From: the human T2T-CHM13v2.0 reference genome, Homo sapiens
DNA: 64,000 nt
Assembly: GCF_009914755.1 (NCBI RefSeq)
Contig: NC_060943.1
Strand: one strand, 5' to 3'
The notes under the pieces: generated by a model
What the model saw: only the letters and a program-made list of their open reading frames with translations
Told to the model about the DNA's origin: nothing
Databases searched by the model: none
Made by a program: the position numbers and the translations under genes
Part shown: piece by piece, positions 23,331-46,604 of the stretch
How positions within the stretch are numbered: position 1 is the first letter of the stretch
Layout of the letters: each line of letters begins with the position of its first letter

Positions 23331-23712
23331 CCCCTGCTCCCCTCCCCTCCCTTCCCCTCCCCTTCCCTCCCCTCCCCTCTCCTTCCTTCCTTCCTTCGTT
23401 TTTCTACACAGGCAGGTGTTGTGGACTTTGGCTTTATCCTGAGTAAGATGGAGCCATGGACTCCTCCCCTCCCCTCCCCTCCCCTCGCCTCCTCTCCCCT
23501 CCCCTCCCCTCCTTTCCCCTCCCCTCCCCTCCTCTCCCCTCCCCACCTCCCTCCTTCCTTCCTTCATTTTTCTAGACAGGCAGGTATTGTGGACTTTGGC
23601 TTTATCCTGGGTACGATGGAGCCATGGACTTCCTTCCCTTCCTTCTTTCCCTCCCTCCCTCCCTCCCTCCCTCCCTCCCTTCCTTCCTTCCTTTCTTTGT
23701 TTCTCTAGACAG
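23279..23712. repeat. Three-copy composite tandem repeat (52-nt unit plus (CCCCT)n/(CCTT)n tract)
   Basis: AGGCAGGTGTTGTGGACTTTGGCTTTATCCTGAGTAAGATGGAGCCATGGAC-like units at 23279, 23410 and 23578, each followed by a pyrimidine microsatellite. Confidence 0.9.
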
Positions 23713-23817
23713 GGTCTCACTCTGTTGCCCAGTTTGGAGTGCAGTGGCACAATCATAGCTCATTGCCACCTCGAACTCTTCATCTCAAATGATCCTCCCA
23801 CCTCAGCCTCCCAATGA

Positions 23818-24009
<192 letters not shown>

Positions 24010-24142
24010 TAATTATCTGGCATAACAATTTAACCAAAGCCCTAAAAAGTCACCCAACTAGTTTTAAAAATTGTGTCTGGGCTGGGCTCGGTGGCTCACG
24101 CCTGTAATCCCAGCAGTTTGGGAGGCCGAGGCAGGTGGATCA

Positions 24143-24671
<529 letters not shown>

Positions 24672-25211
24672 TGATCCGCCCACCTCGGCTTCCCAAAGTG
24701 CTGAGATTACAGGCATGAGCCACCGTGCCCGGCCCCCAAATTTCTTACAGGAAATTTCTAAAGTAGACTAGAGTCCGCAGTATTTGAGCCCTGCATACCT
24801 CTCACCTGATTTCAACAACATCAGCTGCAGACTGCCCGACATTGTCTCCTCTATCCCCCTTCTCTCATACTTTTTCTTCTGGGTATTTTGAAGCACATTC
24901 TAGATGCCAAGTCACTTGCCTGTAAATACTGGAGCACACATTTCTCTGAGTGATAAGCACATTGTTTTAAAGCAGTCAGGAGGTTGTGCAATGTCATCCA
25001 TCTCCCAGCAGCAGAGTTCACACATCCACACGCAACCTCCTGCTGCTTTATAGATGAAGGTGCCAGGTGAGGACATGAAAAGAATTTGCATTAAACATCA
25101 ACTGACAAGCTTTTTTTTTTCTCCTGCCCTCTGTGCCGTTGGCACAACCCACCAAATTCAATCAAGTTCTTCTATATCTTCCAATACCCAGTCTGTGTCA
25201 AATGTCTCTGA

Positions 25212-25358
<147 letters not shown>

Positions 25359-26204
25359 TGAGTAGCTGGGATTACAGGCACCCATCACCATGCCCAGCTA
25401 ATTTTTGTATTTTTGCATTTTTAGTAGATGGGGTTTCACCATATTGGTCAGGCTGGTCTTGAACTCCTGACCTCAGGTGATCCACCCGTCTCAACCTCCC
25501 AAAGTGTTGGGATTACAGGCGTAAGCCACTGCACCCACCCTTGTTTGTTTTGTTTTAAGAGACAGGGTTTTGCTCTGTTGCCCAGGCAGGAATGCAGTGG
25601 TGCGATCATAGCTCGCTGAGGCCTCCAACTACTGGGCTCAAACGATCCTCCAACCTCAGCCTCCCAAATAGCTAGGACTAACACTACCACTAGTAGTAAC
25701 TATGCTTAACTAATTTTTTTATTTTTATTTTTTGTAGCGACGGGGTCTCACTGTGTTGCCCAGGCTGATCTTGAACTCCAGGGTTCAAGCAATCTTCCCA
25801 TCTCAGCCTCCCAAAGTGCTGGGATTACAGGTGTGAGCCACCAATGCCCAGCCCTAATTTTTGTATTTTTAGTAGAGAAGGGGTTTCACCATGTTGGCCA
25901 GGCTGGTCTCGAACTCCTGACTCAGGTGATCGCCCCCTCGGCCTCCCAAAGTGCTGGGATTATAGGCGTGAGCCACCACGCCTCGCCTGTCTCAAAAATA
26001 AATTAATTAAATTAAATATTTCAAAATACAGAAAAGTTGGAAGACAATACAGCGAACACCTGAACACCCACCACATATTATAGATGCTGCTAGTCACACT
26101 GCCCCAAACTTTTTTAAAACTTGCATTTCCCCAGTGATGCTTCCCTGACGGGGTGTGGCTTCACGGGCTCTGCCCGACGGGCCGTCCTCCCTCTGTCTCC
26201 CCAG

Positions 26205-26279
26205 TACCTGGTGCTCATGCTCATCGTCTACATCTTCGAGTGCGCCTCCTGCATCACGTCCTACACCCACCGTGACTAC
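26205..26279 (+). CDS. UPK1A: UPK1A coding exon (YLVLMLIVYIFECASCITSYTHRDY; TM3)
   Basis: Acceptor ctccccag|TAC, donor TAC|GTGAGC. 75 nt. Confidence 0.97.
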
Positions 26280-26410
26280 GTGAGCCCGGCGAGGCCTGGG
26301 GAGGGGCCTGACCTGCATGGGAGGGGCGAGGGTCCCGGCGCGGCGGGGCGGAGGTCGTCCTCTCTCCCCACCCAGCCCTGCCGGCCCTTGTTCTTCCCTG
26401 TTCTCCTCAG

Positions 26411-26518
26411 ATGGTGTCCAACCCATCCCTGATCACCAAGCAGATGCTGACCTTCTACAGCGCGGACACCGACCAGGGCCAGGAGCTGACCCGCCTCTGG
26501 GACCGCGTCATGATTGAG
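26411..26518 (+). CDS. UPK1A: UPK1A coding exon (MVSNPSLITKQ...WDRVMIE)
   Basis: Acceptor ctcctcag|ATG, donor GAG|GTGGGC. 108 nt. Confidence 0.97.
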
Positions 26519-27046
26519 GTGGGCGGGGTGGACCGGGTGCTGGGAGGGCCCTGGGCTCCGTCCACAGAGGCCGATAGAGCTCCCGATGTGCCAGCTTTTA
26601 GAGGAGTGAGTGCCTTAAAGACATCCGCTCATGAGATCTCTAGGAGAGCAGGGCTGCGGTCATCACCGTTCTGCGGATGAGTAAACAGGCCCAGAAAGGG
26701 AAAGTCCCTTGCCCGAGGCCACACAGTCGGTAAGTGGTGGGAGCTGGGATTGGAACCCGGCAGCCTAGCTCCTGACCTCCCTGCTCTTAGCCTACACATA
26801 CTACCTCAACAGAAATGTTGATAATAACAATGATAGTAACAGCACCATTCACTGAGCTAGGTTTCACACTGTTCAAAGGACTTTTATTTTTATATTTTGA
26901 GATGGGGTCTTGCTCTGTTGCCCAGGCTGGAGTGATCATAGCTCACTGCAACCTCCAACTCCTGGGCTCAAGTGATCCTCCCGCCTCAGCTTCCCGAGTA
27001 GCTGGGAATACAGGTGCGCCCCACCACACCCGGCTAAGTTTTTTAA

Positions 27047-27415
<369 letters not shown>

Positions 27416-27872
27416 TAGCCAGGATGGTCTTGATCTCCTGACCTTGTGATCCACCTGCCTCGGCCTCCCAAAGTGCTGGGATTACAGGCTTGAGCCACCG
27501 TGCCCAGCCTTTCAAAGCACTTTTAAAGCTTTTTTAATCCTCACGACCACTCCATAAGGGAGATCGGCCTTTTAGTGATGAGGAGACCAAAGCAAGAGGT
27601 TGAATATCTTGCATGAGGTCACACACCTGGTAGGTCACAGAACTGGAAGGATTCAAACTCAGACTTCCAGGTTTGAAGAGATACAGTCTTCCTCAAATCC
27701 AACATGATATTGCACTGGAAAAGGAAGAAATTGGCTGGGTGCAGTGGCTCAAACCTATAATCCCAACACTTTGGGAGGCAAAGGCGGGCAGATCACTTGA
27801 GTTCAGGGGTTCAAGACCATCCTGGCCAACATGGTGAAACCCTGTCTCTACAAAAAATACAAAAATTAGTCA

Positions 27873-28091
<219 letters not shown>

Positions 28092-28245
28092 CTAGCCAGG
28101 ATTTGAACCCATGTTTGAAGGGTGCCCAAGCCTATGTTTTCCTCATTCAGGAGCCACAAATTAAACACCTGGATTCCTTACCAAGGCCAGGAAAAGCCAG
28201 AAATCTGCCCTTTTTGTGTTATTTTATCAGCATAGTTGTTGATAA

Positions 28246-28746
<501 letters not shown>

Positions 28747-28812
28747 TGACCTCAGGCAAGCAACTGTCCTCTCTGAGCCCGAGCCTGCCTGACCCCCTGC
28801 TTTTCACTCTAG

Positions 28813-29469
<657 letters not shown>

Positions 29470-29561
29470 TGATTTTCTAGTGCTCCCCCAACTCTCTCTC
29501 AAGTCAGCAGGATGCACCCAGGGTCTGTCTGAACCAGACCTGGCACCTACAACTTTACTCA

Positions 29562-29972
<411 letters not shown>

Positions 29973-30237
29973 TCACTTGAGGTCAGAAGCTCAAGACCAG
30001 CCTGGGCAACATATCAAGACCCCGTCTCTACAAAAAAGTACAGAAAATTAGCCAGGCGTGGTGGTGCGCGCCTGTAATCCCAGCTACTGGGGAGGCTAAG
30101 GCAGGAGGATTGTTTGAGTCTAGGAGGTCAAGGCTGCAGAGAGCTGTGATGGTGCCACTGCACTCTAGCCTAGGCAAGAGACTTAAAAAAGGCAAGAGAC
30201 TTTAAAAAAAAAAAGGCCGGGCGCGCACAGTGGCTCA

Positions 30238-30552
<315 letters not shown>

Positions 30553-30784
30553 TCATAGCCATCAGCAGGGCGGCACCTACTTGTGCAGGGCCTGGGTTCA
30601 ACATCAGCTCCCTGGGGCCCCGAAACCACCCGAGGAGGTGGACAGTGCCATGGTCCCCATTGCACAAGTGAGAAAACCAATGCTCAGGGAAGGTGGTGAC
30701 TTTCCCAAGGGCGCACAGTGACTCTCGCTTTCACCGGCTACCCTCATGGGCGTCTTCTCAAACTTCCCCCATCCCCCTGCCCAG

Positions 30785-30868
30785 GGCTGCTTCGAACACA
30801 TCGGCCACGCCATCGACAGCTACACGTGGGGTATCTCGTGGTTTGGGTTTGCCATCCTGATGTGGACG
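30785..30868 (+). CDS. UPK1A: UPK1A coding exon (GCFEHIGHAIDSYTWGISWFGFAILMWT)
   Basis: Acceptor tgcccag|GGC, donor ACG|GTGAGA. 84 nt. Tetraspanin GC motif before TM4. Confidence 0.97.
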
Positions 30869-30947
30869 GTGAGAGGCGGGGAGCCCACAGGCTGGGTGGG
30901 CTGGGGGTGGGGGGCGGAGTGCCCTCATCTCGCTGCCTCCTCGCCAG

Positions 30948-30992
30948 CTCCCGGTCATGCTGATAGCCATGTATTTCTACACCACGCTCTGA
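30948..30992 (+). CDS. UPK1A: UPK1A last coding exon (LPVMLIAMYFYTTL*)
   Basis: Acceptor tcgccag|CTC, TGA at 30990-30992. Exons sum to 258 aa. Confidence 0.97.
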   Translation, partial: LPVMLIAMYFYTTL

Positions 30993-31429
30993 GGGACAGG
31001 AGGGGAAGGCAACATACACACCCCGGACTCCTCCGCATCCTCCTCCTGCTTCCTCCGCTGGGCCTGGATGGCTGCCTCACCTCTCACCTCCCAACGTCCC
31101 TAGCCCTTACGTCCTTCCACTTCCAAGATCTTTTTCCAGGTTCCTGAGCCCTACTGTGTCTCAGGTGTGCCCTGAAACCCCAGGGCTTGTGTGCACATAT
31201 CCTTAGCCCATCTTTCAAGGGACCTCTCCATGATCCCACCTCCCATTCACAGATACCTCTCTTGTAGCTCTCTGACCTCCTCCTTCATGGCAGGCATCGC
31301 CATTCTTGCTGAACCGTTTGTGATTGCCATTTGAGCTCTGGAAGCCTCTATTGCCATGAGAGTTCTGTCACGGTCACTTTACTGTCCCCATCATCACCCA
31401 GCACGGGGCTAAGCATATACTAGATAGTC

Positions 31430-31443
31430 AATAAATAAATAAA
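31430..31443 (+). terminator. UPK1A: UPK1A polyadenylation signal (overlapping AATAAA hexamers)
   Basis: AATAAATAAATAAA from 31430, ~440 nt after the stop, followed by a T-run at ~31463. Confidence 0.8.
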
Positions 31444-31461
31444 TAATGAATGAATGAATGA

Positions 31462-31572
<111 letters not shown>

Positions 31573-31626
31573 TGAGGTCAGGAGTTCAAGACCAGCCTGG
31601 CCAAAATGGTGAGACCCCCATCTCTA

Positions 31627-32240
<614 letters not shown>

Positions 32241-32442
32241 GGTGATAAAAATCCTTCTCCTAGGGATATAGCTTCCAGCAAGTTCTCTAAGGGGTCCATG
32301 ACAGCAAACCATTACGAATTGAATTATGGCTGGGCACTGTGGCTCACACCTGTAATCCCAGCACTTGCTGAGGTGGGCAGATCACTTGAGGCCAGGAACT
32401 TGAGACCAGCCTGGCCAAAATGGCGAAACCCTATCTCTATTA

Positions 32443-32658
<216 letters not shown>

Positions 32659-33057
32659 CTAGGCCTTCCCAAGAGGGCCTGGGGGCTTCCTTCCCCATCA
32701 AATAATTTCTTGGGGTTCCCATTTACTCCAGTGGTCTGCAGATAGTCTTTGATTGCTGAATTCAGATTTCATTTTTTAAAAATATGTAATGGATAAAGAG
32801 GTCATTATTTATTAGAGTGAAAAATCGGAAACTACCCAACAACCATCACCAAAGGGATGGGTTGTGTAAATCATGTTATGCCCTTGGACTGAAATGCTCT
32901 GTGGCTGTTGTGTGTGCGCCTGTGGTCCCAGCTACTGGGAAGGCTTAGGCGGGAGGACCGCTTGAGCCCTGGAGTTCGAGGTTGCAGTAAGCTATGTTCA
33001 CACCTATGAGTAGCCACTGCACTCCAGCCTGGGCGACACAGCAAAATTCCATCTCTA

Positions 33058-33699
<642 letters not shown>

Positions 33700-34342
33700 T
33701 TAAAAGAGATAGCTGTATGTGAGTTGACTATAAAAAGATCTCATAATAACTGGAAAGCCCATATGAGGATGTTCATTAGTAAAATAAATGACCATCAGCA
33801 GGGCACTGGGTAAATTAGCTACGCTATATCCATCCTCTGCAATACCACAAAGAGGTAAAAATAAAAAGAACAAGAACTCTGCTTTAACATGGAAAACGCG
33901 CTAAGAAATACATAGTAGGAAAAATTGAAAACTATATACAGTACTTTTTTTTTTTTTGAGATGGAGTTTCACTCTTTTGCCCAGGCTAGAGTGAAGTGGT
34001 GCGATCTTGGCTCACTGCAACCTCTGCCCCCTGTGTTCAAGCGATTCTCTTGCCTCAGGCTCTGAGTAGCTAAGATTATAGGCACCTGCCACCATGCCCG
34101 GCTAATTTTTGTATTTTTACTGGAGACAGGGCTTCGCCATGTTGGCCAGGCTGGTCTGGAACTCCCGACCTCAGGTGATCCACTCACCTCAGTCTCCCAA
34201 AATGCTAGGATTACAGGTGTGAGCCATCACACCTGGCCCATATAGTACTCTTATTCCTGCAGGGTTGATCAAACGGAGCTTTAGTCTTTTTCTTCCTTAA
34301 AAAAATGAGTTAATGTTTTTATAATAATGTTTAGAAGAATAG

Positions 34343-37192
<2,850 letters not shown>

Positions 37193-37321
37193 AGGAGACA
37201 GGGTTAGAGACCGGGTTTCACCATGTTGGCCAGGCTGGTCTCGAACTCCTGACCTTGTGATCTGCCCGCCTTGGCCTACCAAAGTGCTGAGATTACAGGC
37301 ATGAGCCACCACGCCCAGCCC

Positions 37322-38060
<739 letters not shown>

Positions 38061-39026
38061 TGATCCACCCGCTTTGGCTTCCCAAAGTGCTGGGATTACA
38101 GGCGTGAGCCACCGCTCCTGGCCCAGTTTTTTGTTTTGTTTTGTTTTGTTTTGAACTATTGCAATATATTCCAGAGTATAAATGTGTTACAGATCATCAT
38201 GATCTGTTTGTTGTTCAGTTAATAAGGCAAGGAGCAAAACATTGTGCTAAAGTGGTCTCATTTTTATAAAAATTATATCTACATATTTCCCATTAAGAAC
38301 TCCTTTGTTTTATTTTATTTTAGTTCAGTTTTTTTGAGACAGGATGTCCTGTCACCCAGGCTGGGGTGCAGTGCCACGATCTCAGCTCACTGCAGCCTTG
38401 ACCTCCCAGGCTCAGGCAGTCCTCCTACCTCAGCCTCATGAGGAACTGGGACCACAGGCATCTGCCACCACGTCCAGCTAAATTTTTTTTTATTTTTTGT
38501 AGACATGAGGTCTGTGTTGCCCAGGCTGGTCTTAAACTCCTGGGCTCAAGCGATCCTTCCACCTCAGGCTCCCAAAGTGCTGGGATTACAGGCATGAGCC
38601 ACCGCACCTGGCCCCATCTATTACTTTTTCTTTTCTTTTCTTTTCCTTTTCTTTCCTTTTCTCTTCTTTTTTTTTTTTTTTTTTTTTTTGAGACAGGGTC
38701 TCACTCTGTGGCCCAGACTGGAGTGCAGTGGTGCGCTCTCGGCTCACCACCGCAACCTCCGTCCCACAAGGCTCAAGTGATTCTCCTGCCTCAGCCTCCT
38801 GAGTAGCTGGGATTACAGGCGCATACCACTGCAGCCTGGCTAATTTTTGTATTTGTAGTAGAGACAGGGTTTCACCATGTTGGCCAGGCTGGTCTTGAAC
38901 TCCTGACCTCAAATGATCCACCTGCCTCGGCCTCCCAAAGTGCTGGGATTACAGGCGTGAGCCACGACACCCAGCCCTATTACTTTTCAATAACAAAAAT
39001 TAATAAAGAGATTTCTAAAATACTGA

Positions 39027-39221
<195 letters not shown>

Positions 39222-39671
39222 TGAGTAGCTGGGATTACAGGCGCCCGCCGTCATGCCCGACTAATTTTTGTATTTTTGTAGAGGCGAGGTTTCACCATGT
39301 TGGCCAGACTGGTCTTAAACTCCTGACCACAGGTGGTCTGCCCTCCTTGGCCTCCCAAAGTGCTGAGATTTCAGGTGTGAGCCACTACAGCTGGCCTCAA
39401 ACCAGAATTTTTAAAACGCCACTTACATGGAATATACACACTGGATTTTCCCAAACAAGAGCCCCTCCAGGCTGACTTCCCTAAATGGCTTTTCAGCAGG
39501 CCCCGGAAAGCTTCTCGCCCCACCCTGGGCACACATTGGAACAGCTTGTAAACATGTCAAGGAAATTGGGGATTCCATCCTCATCTGCTCATAAAGTCAG
39601 GTGTCCTCAGCCAGGCGCGGTGGCTCAAGCCTGTAATCTCAGCACTTTGGGAGGCTGAGGTAGGTGGATCA

Positions 39672-39935
<264 letters not shown>

Positions 39936-40062
39936 TTAGTTGATAGTGATTGGGATTCTCTGAGAGAAGCAGAGACAGCACTGACTTCTCAAAAGGCCCA
40001 CCACACTGAGCCTCAATGTGCCCCTCTATAAAATGAGAGTTGTAACAGTCCCTATCTCATAG

Positions 40063-40266
<204 letters not shown>

Positions 40267-40585
40267 TAGAAGCAACAGGGTCTCACTATGTTGCCCCAGA
40301 TGGTCTTAAACTCCTGGCCTCAAACGGTCTTTCTGCCTCGGCCTCCCAAAGCACTGGGATTGTAGGCATGCACCACCACACCCAGCTTCCTATTCTAAGA
40401 GCTCAGGAAACTGTGGACTTTCTAATTATGAATCAGGGATATTCTTGATCCTGTATAATCAGAACCAAATGCAGAAATAAACTTCCTGCTGAGGCTGCAA
40501 TCGTCTCTAGTGAACCTCAATGTCAAGTGTTTGGGGCACTACCCATCCTCAACACTCACCAAAGGGACCCTCATATATGCATTTA

Positions 40586-40729
<144 letters not shown>

Positions 40730-40873
40730 TTAGGCCGGTCACGGTGGCTCACACCTGTAATCCCAGCACTTTGGGAGGCCGAGGCGGGCGGATCACGAGG
40801 TCAGGAGATTGAGACCATCTTGGCTAACACAGTGAAACCCCGTCTCTACTAAAAATACAAAAAAAAAAAATTA

Positions 40874-41310
<437 letters not shown>

Positions 41311-41332
41311 TCAGGAGTTCGAAACCAGCCTA

Positions 41333-41592
<260 letters not shown>

Positions 41593-41704
41593 TTAGCGTG
41601 AATATGTTTCTGGCTGAGGATCTTTAAAGAATGTTTGTGGAGGCCGGGTGCAGTGGCTCATGCCTCTAATCCCAGCACTTTGGGCAGCCCAGGCGGGTGG
41701 ATCA

Positions 41705-42789
<1,085 letters not shown>

Positions 42790-43633
42790 TAACTGGCTAA
42801 TTTTTAAATTTTTTGTAGAGACGGAATTTTGCTGTATTGCCCAGGCTGATCTCAAACTCCTAAGGCTCAAGTGATTCTCCTACTTCGACTTCTCAAAGTG
42901 CTGGGATTATAGGCATGAGCCATTGTGCCTAGCTAGTTTTTTCCTTTAAAAACCACACTGCTGACCAGGCGCAGTGGCTCACGCCTGTAATCCCAGCACT
43001 TTGGGAGGCCAAGGCAGGAGGATTACCTGAGGTCAGGAGTTCGACACCAGCCTGGCCAACATGGTGAAACCCCGTCTATACTAAAAGTACAAAAAAATTA
43101 GCCGGGTGTAGTGGTGCACACCTGTAATCCCAACTACCCAGGAGCTGAGGCACGAAAATCCCTTGAACCCGGGAGGCGGAGGTTGCAGTGAGCTGACATC
43201 ATTCCACTGGACTCCAGCCTGGCCGACAGAGCGAGACTGTCTCAAAAAAAAAAAAAAAAAAAACCCTGCAAAAGAATTTAATGGCATGAAAAAAATGCTT
43301 GGGAAATTGTGACATGAGAAAAACAGATTACAATGTAGCATGCCAAGTATGATTCCTTCCCTGATAAAAATATAAATATGTGCATGTTTGCATTTTTTTT
43401 AAAAGAAAGTCTTCCAAAGGTTATTGAGGAAGAGGACACATTTGCAGGGGATCTTTACTTCATTCCTTGGACATTTTGGTATTTTGCAAATATTTTATGA
43501 TGACTATTGCCTTTGTCCTCTAACAAAAAATCAAGAAATATATCTTAGTTAAAATGTCCCTGCTGGACATAAAATGTACATTGAGAAGAGAATTATCCTA
43601 CTAAATATTTTCAAACTTTATCTGAGCAGTTAA

Positions 43634-44938
43634 GGTGTCCGGAATTGGTGGGTTATTGGTCTCACTGACTTCAAGAATGAAGCCGCGGACCCTCGCGGTG
43701 AGTGTTACAGCTCTTAAGGTGGCGTGTTTGGAGTTTGTTCCTTCCGATGTTCGGATGTGTCCGGAGTTTCTTCCTTCTGGTGGGTTCCTGGTCTCGCCGG
43801 CTCAGGCAGGAGTGAAGCTGCAGACCTTCGCGGTGAGTGTTACTGCTCATGAAGGCAGTATGCACCCAAAGAGTGAGCAGCAGCAGGATTTATAGCAAAG
43901 AGCAAAAGAACAAAGCTACCACAGCACGGAAGGGAACCCCAGCGGGTTGCCGCGGCTGACTCGGGCAACCTTCTTTTATTCTCTTATCTGGCCCCACCCA
44001 CATCCTGCTGATTGGTCCATTTTACAGAGAGCCGAGTGGTCTGTTTTGACAGGGTGCTGATTGGTGCGTTTACAATCCCTGAGCTAGACACAAAGGTTCT
44101 CCATGTCCCCACTAGATTAGCTAGATACAGAGTGTCCACACAAAGGTTCTCCAAGTCCCCACCAGAGTAGCTGGATACAGAGTGTCGATTGGTGCATTCA
44201 CAAACCCTGAGCTAGACACAGGATGCTGATTGGTGTGTTTACAAACCTTGAGCTAGATACAGAGTGCCGATTGGTGTATTTACAATCCCTGAGCTAGACA
44301 TAAAGGTTCTCCACCTCCCCACCAGACTCAGGAGCCCAGCTGGCTTCACCCAGTGGATCCCGCACTGGGGCTGCAGGTGGAGCTGCCTGCCAGTCCCACG
44401 CCGTGCGCCCGCACTCCTCAGCCCTTGGGTGGTCGATGGGACTAGGTGCCGTGGAGCAGGGGCGGCGCTCGTCGGGGAGGCTCAGGCCGCACAGGAGCCC
44501 ACGGGGTACGGGGAGAGGGGAGGCTCAGGCATGGCGGTCTGCAGGTCCCAAGCCCTGCCCCGCGGGAAGGCAGCTAAGGCCCGGCGAGAAATTGAGCACA
44601 GCAGCTGCTGGCCCAGGTGCTAAGCCCCTCACTGCCCGGGGCCGGCGGGGCCGGCCGGCCGCTCTGAGCGCGGGGTCCACCGGGCCCACGCCCACCCGGA
44701 ACTCGGCGCTGGCCCGCAAGCACCGCGCGCAGCCCCGGTTCCCGCCTGCGCCTCTCCCTCCACACCTCCCCGCAAGCTGAGGGAGCCGGCTCCGGCCTTG
44801 GCCAGCCCAGAAAGGGGCTTCCACAGTGCAGCAGCGGGCTGAAGGTTCCTCAAGTGCTGCCAAAGTGGGAGCCCAGGCAAAGGAGGCGCCGAGAGCGAGC
44901 GAGGGCTGTGAGGACTGCCAGCACGCTGTCACCTCTCA
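43634..44938 (-). mobile_element. Solo LTR12 (HERV9/ERV9 LTR, LTR12C/D-like)
   Basis: Minus strand starts TGAGAGGTGACAGCGTGCTGGCAGTCCTCACAGCCCTCGCTCGCTCTCGG and ends ACCAATTCCGGACAC. GC-rich U3, tandem CCAAT enhancer units (gattgg at ~44009, 44059, 44187, 44228, 44269), GATA (43984-43989), AATAAA/TATA-like box (43980-43975) and U5 repeats. No internal ERV sequence. Confidence 0.95.
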
Positions 44939-44971
44939 GTAAGACAGGTCAGGGCTGGGCACAGTGGCTCA

Positions 44972-45305
<334 letters not shown>

Positions 45306-46445
45306 TCAGGTAGGTAGGCCGCCATCTCTGACCCACATCTGCCACTTGGCTTTCGGGCTCCATCCTACCATATACCTGCAGAGTGTGGCTCAGTCAGACC
45401 GGCAGCAGCGTGGCCTCACCCAGGCGGGCCTGCCTGCAGGACAGGTTTGTCCGCCCCAGCCCCCAAACTCAGAGGCCGGCTCCTGTGGGTAAGAGGGGAG
45501 CAAAGAGGTCAGGGCTATGTCAGGGCCCGGACCCCTTGAGGGACAGGCAGCCATTTGATGGCTGTTCCCCCCACACCCCAGGTGACTGCATCCCTCCTCA
45601 GCCTCTAACCCTCCACGGCTCTCCAGCGCCCTCCTCACCTCGCACTGAGGGCCCGTGTGGCTTGGCCCCTTGCCACCTCTCCAGGTATCTCTTTCTCTCT
45701 CTTGCTCCACTGAGCCAAGCTCTCTCTCTCACCATCTGAGATCACAGAATGGAAATAAGAAACTGTGTTATATAGCAATCAAGCCAGGCACATGCCTCTG
45801 ACTACATCCACTTTTGCTTACACTCCTTCCATGAGGGCAAGTTGGTTCTTTTTTTTTTTTTTTAACTAAAACGTAAAAACACACACCCCTGCCCTTTCCT
45901 CAGGTGTCCCACGCCCACCAATTCCTCCTCTCTGGTCCCCGCGTCCTTGGCTGGTGTTAGAAAAATGGCTACAAGCTTCCTGGGAATCAGATAATAAAGC
46001 TTACAGGAACTCTTCCCAGATTTAAAAGAGCTTAATAAATAAATAAATAAAGCTTACCTTCTAGAGGGGAAAATAGATAAAACCAATAAGAAAAACACAT
46101 GTTAGAGGCTAATAAGTGCTAAGGAGAAAAATAAAAGAATGAAAGACAAAACAAAAACCTAGCCGGGGGGGGGGCGCGCGGTGGCTTACGCCTGTAATCC
46201 CAGCACTTTAGGAGGCCAAGGCGGGAGGAACGCTTGAGGAGTTCGAGACCAGCCTAGGCTACATAGTGAGACCCTGTCTCTACAAAACAATAAAAAAATT
46301 TTTAAAAATCGCTGGCCATGGTGGCAAGCACCTGCATCACAGCTGCTCAGGAAGCTTAGGCAGGAGGATCACTTGAGTATGGCAGTCGTCGCTGAAGTGA
46401 GCCAAGATGGCACCACTGACTCTGTCAGCCCAGATAACAGTCTCA

Positions 46446-46604
<159 letters not shown>

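Larger units (their letters stand above)
26140..26700. promoter_or_regulatory. Intragenic CpG island over two UPK1A exons; plausible promoter of the antisense lncRNA UPK1A-AS1
   Basis: High CpG/GC and GC boxes (ggggcgg) in the 131-nt intron. The existence of UPK1A-AS1 is prior knowledge; its exons cannot be derived from this sequence. Confidence 0.55.

Noticed and set aside
23043-23756. 237-aa G/E/R-rich minus-strand ORF, and the spaced direct repeats as a possible CRISPR-like array
   Set aside because: The ORF is translation of the GGAGG/GGAA microsatellite. The repeats are L2-derived with low-complexity spacers in a primate intron; no cas context.
26280-26410. Retention of the 131-nt UPK1A intron as an alternative isoform
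   Set aside because: Shifts frame to a stop at 26430-26432, far upstream of later junctions, so an NMD target.
44264-44932. Several overlapping GC-rich ORFs and an apparent CpG island
   Set aside because: Internal to the LTR12 U3 region; standard for this repeat family.
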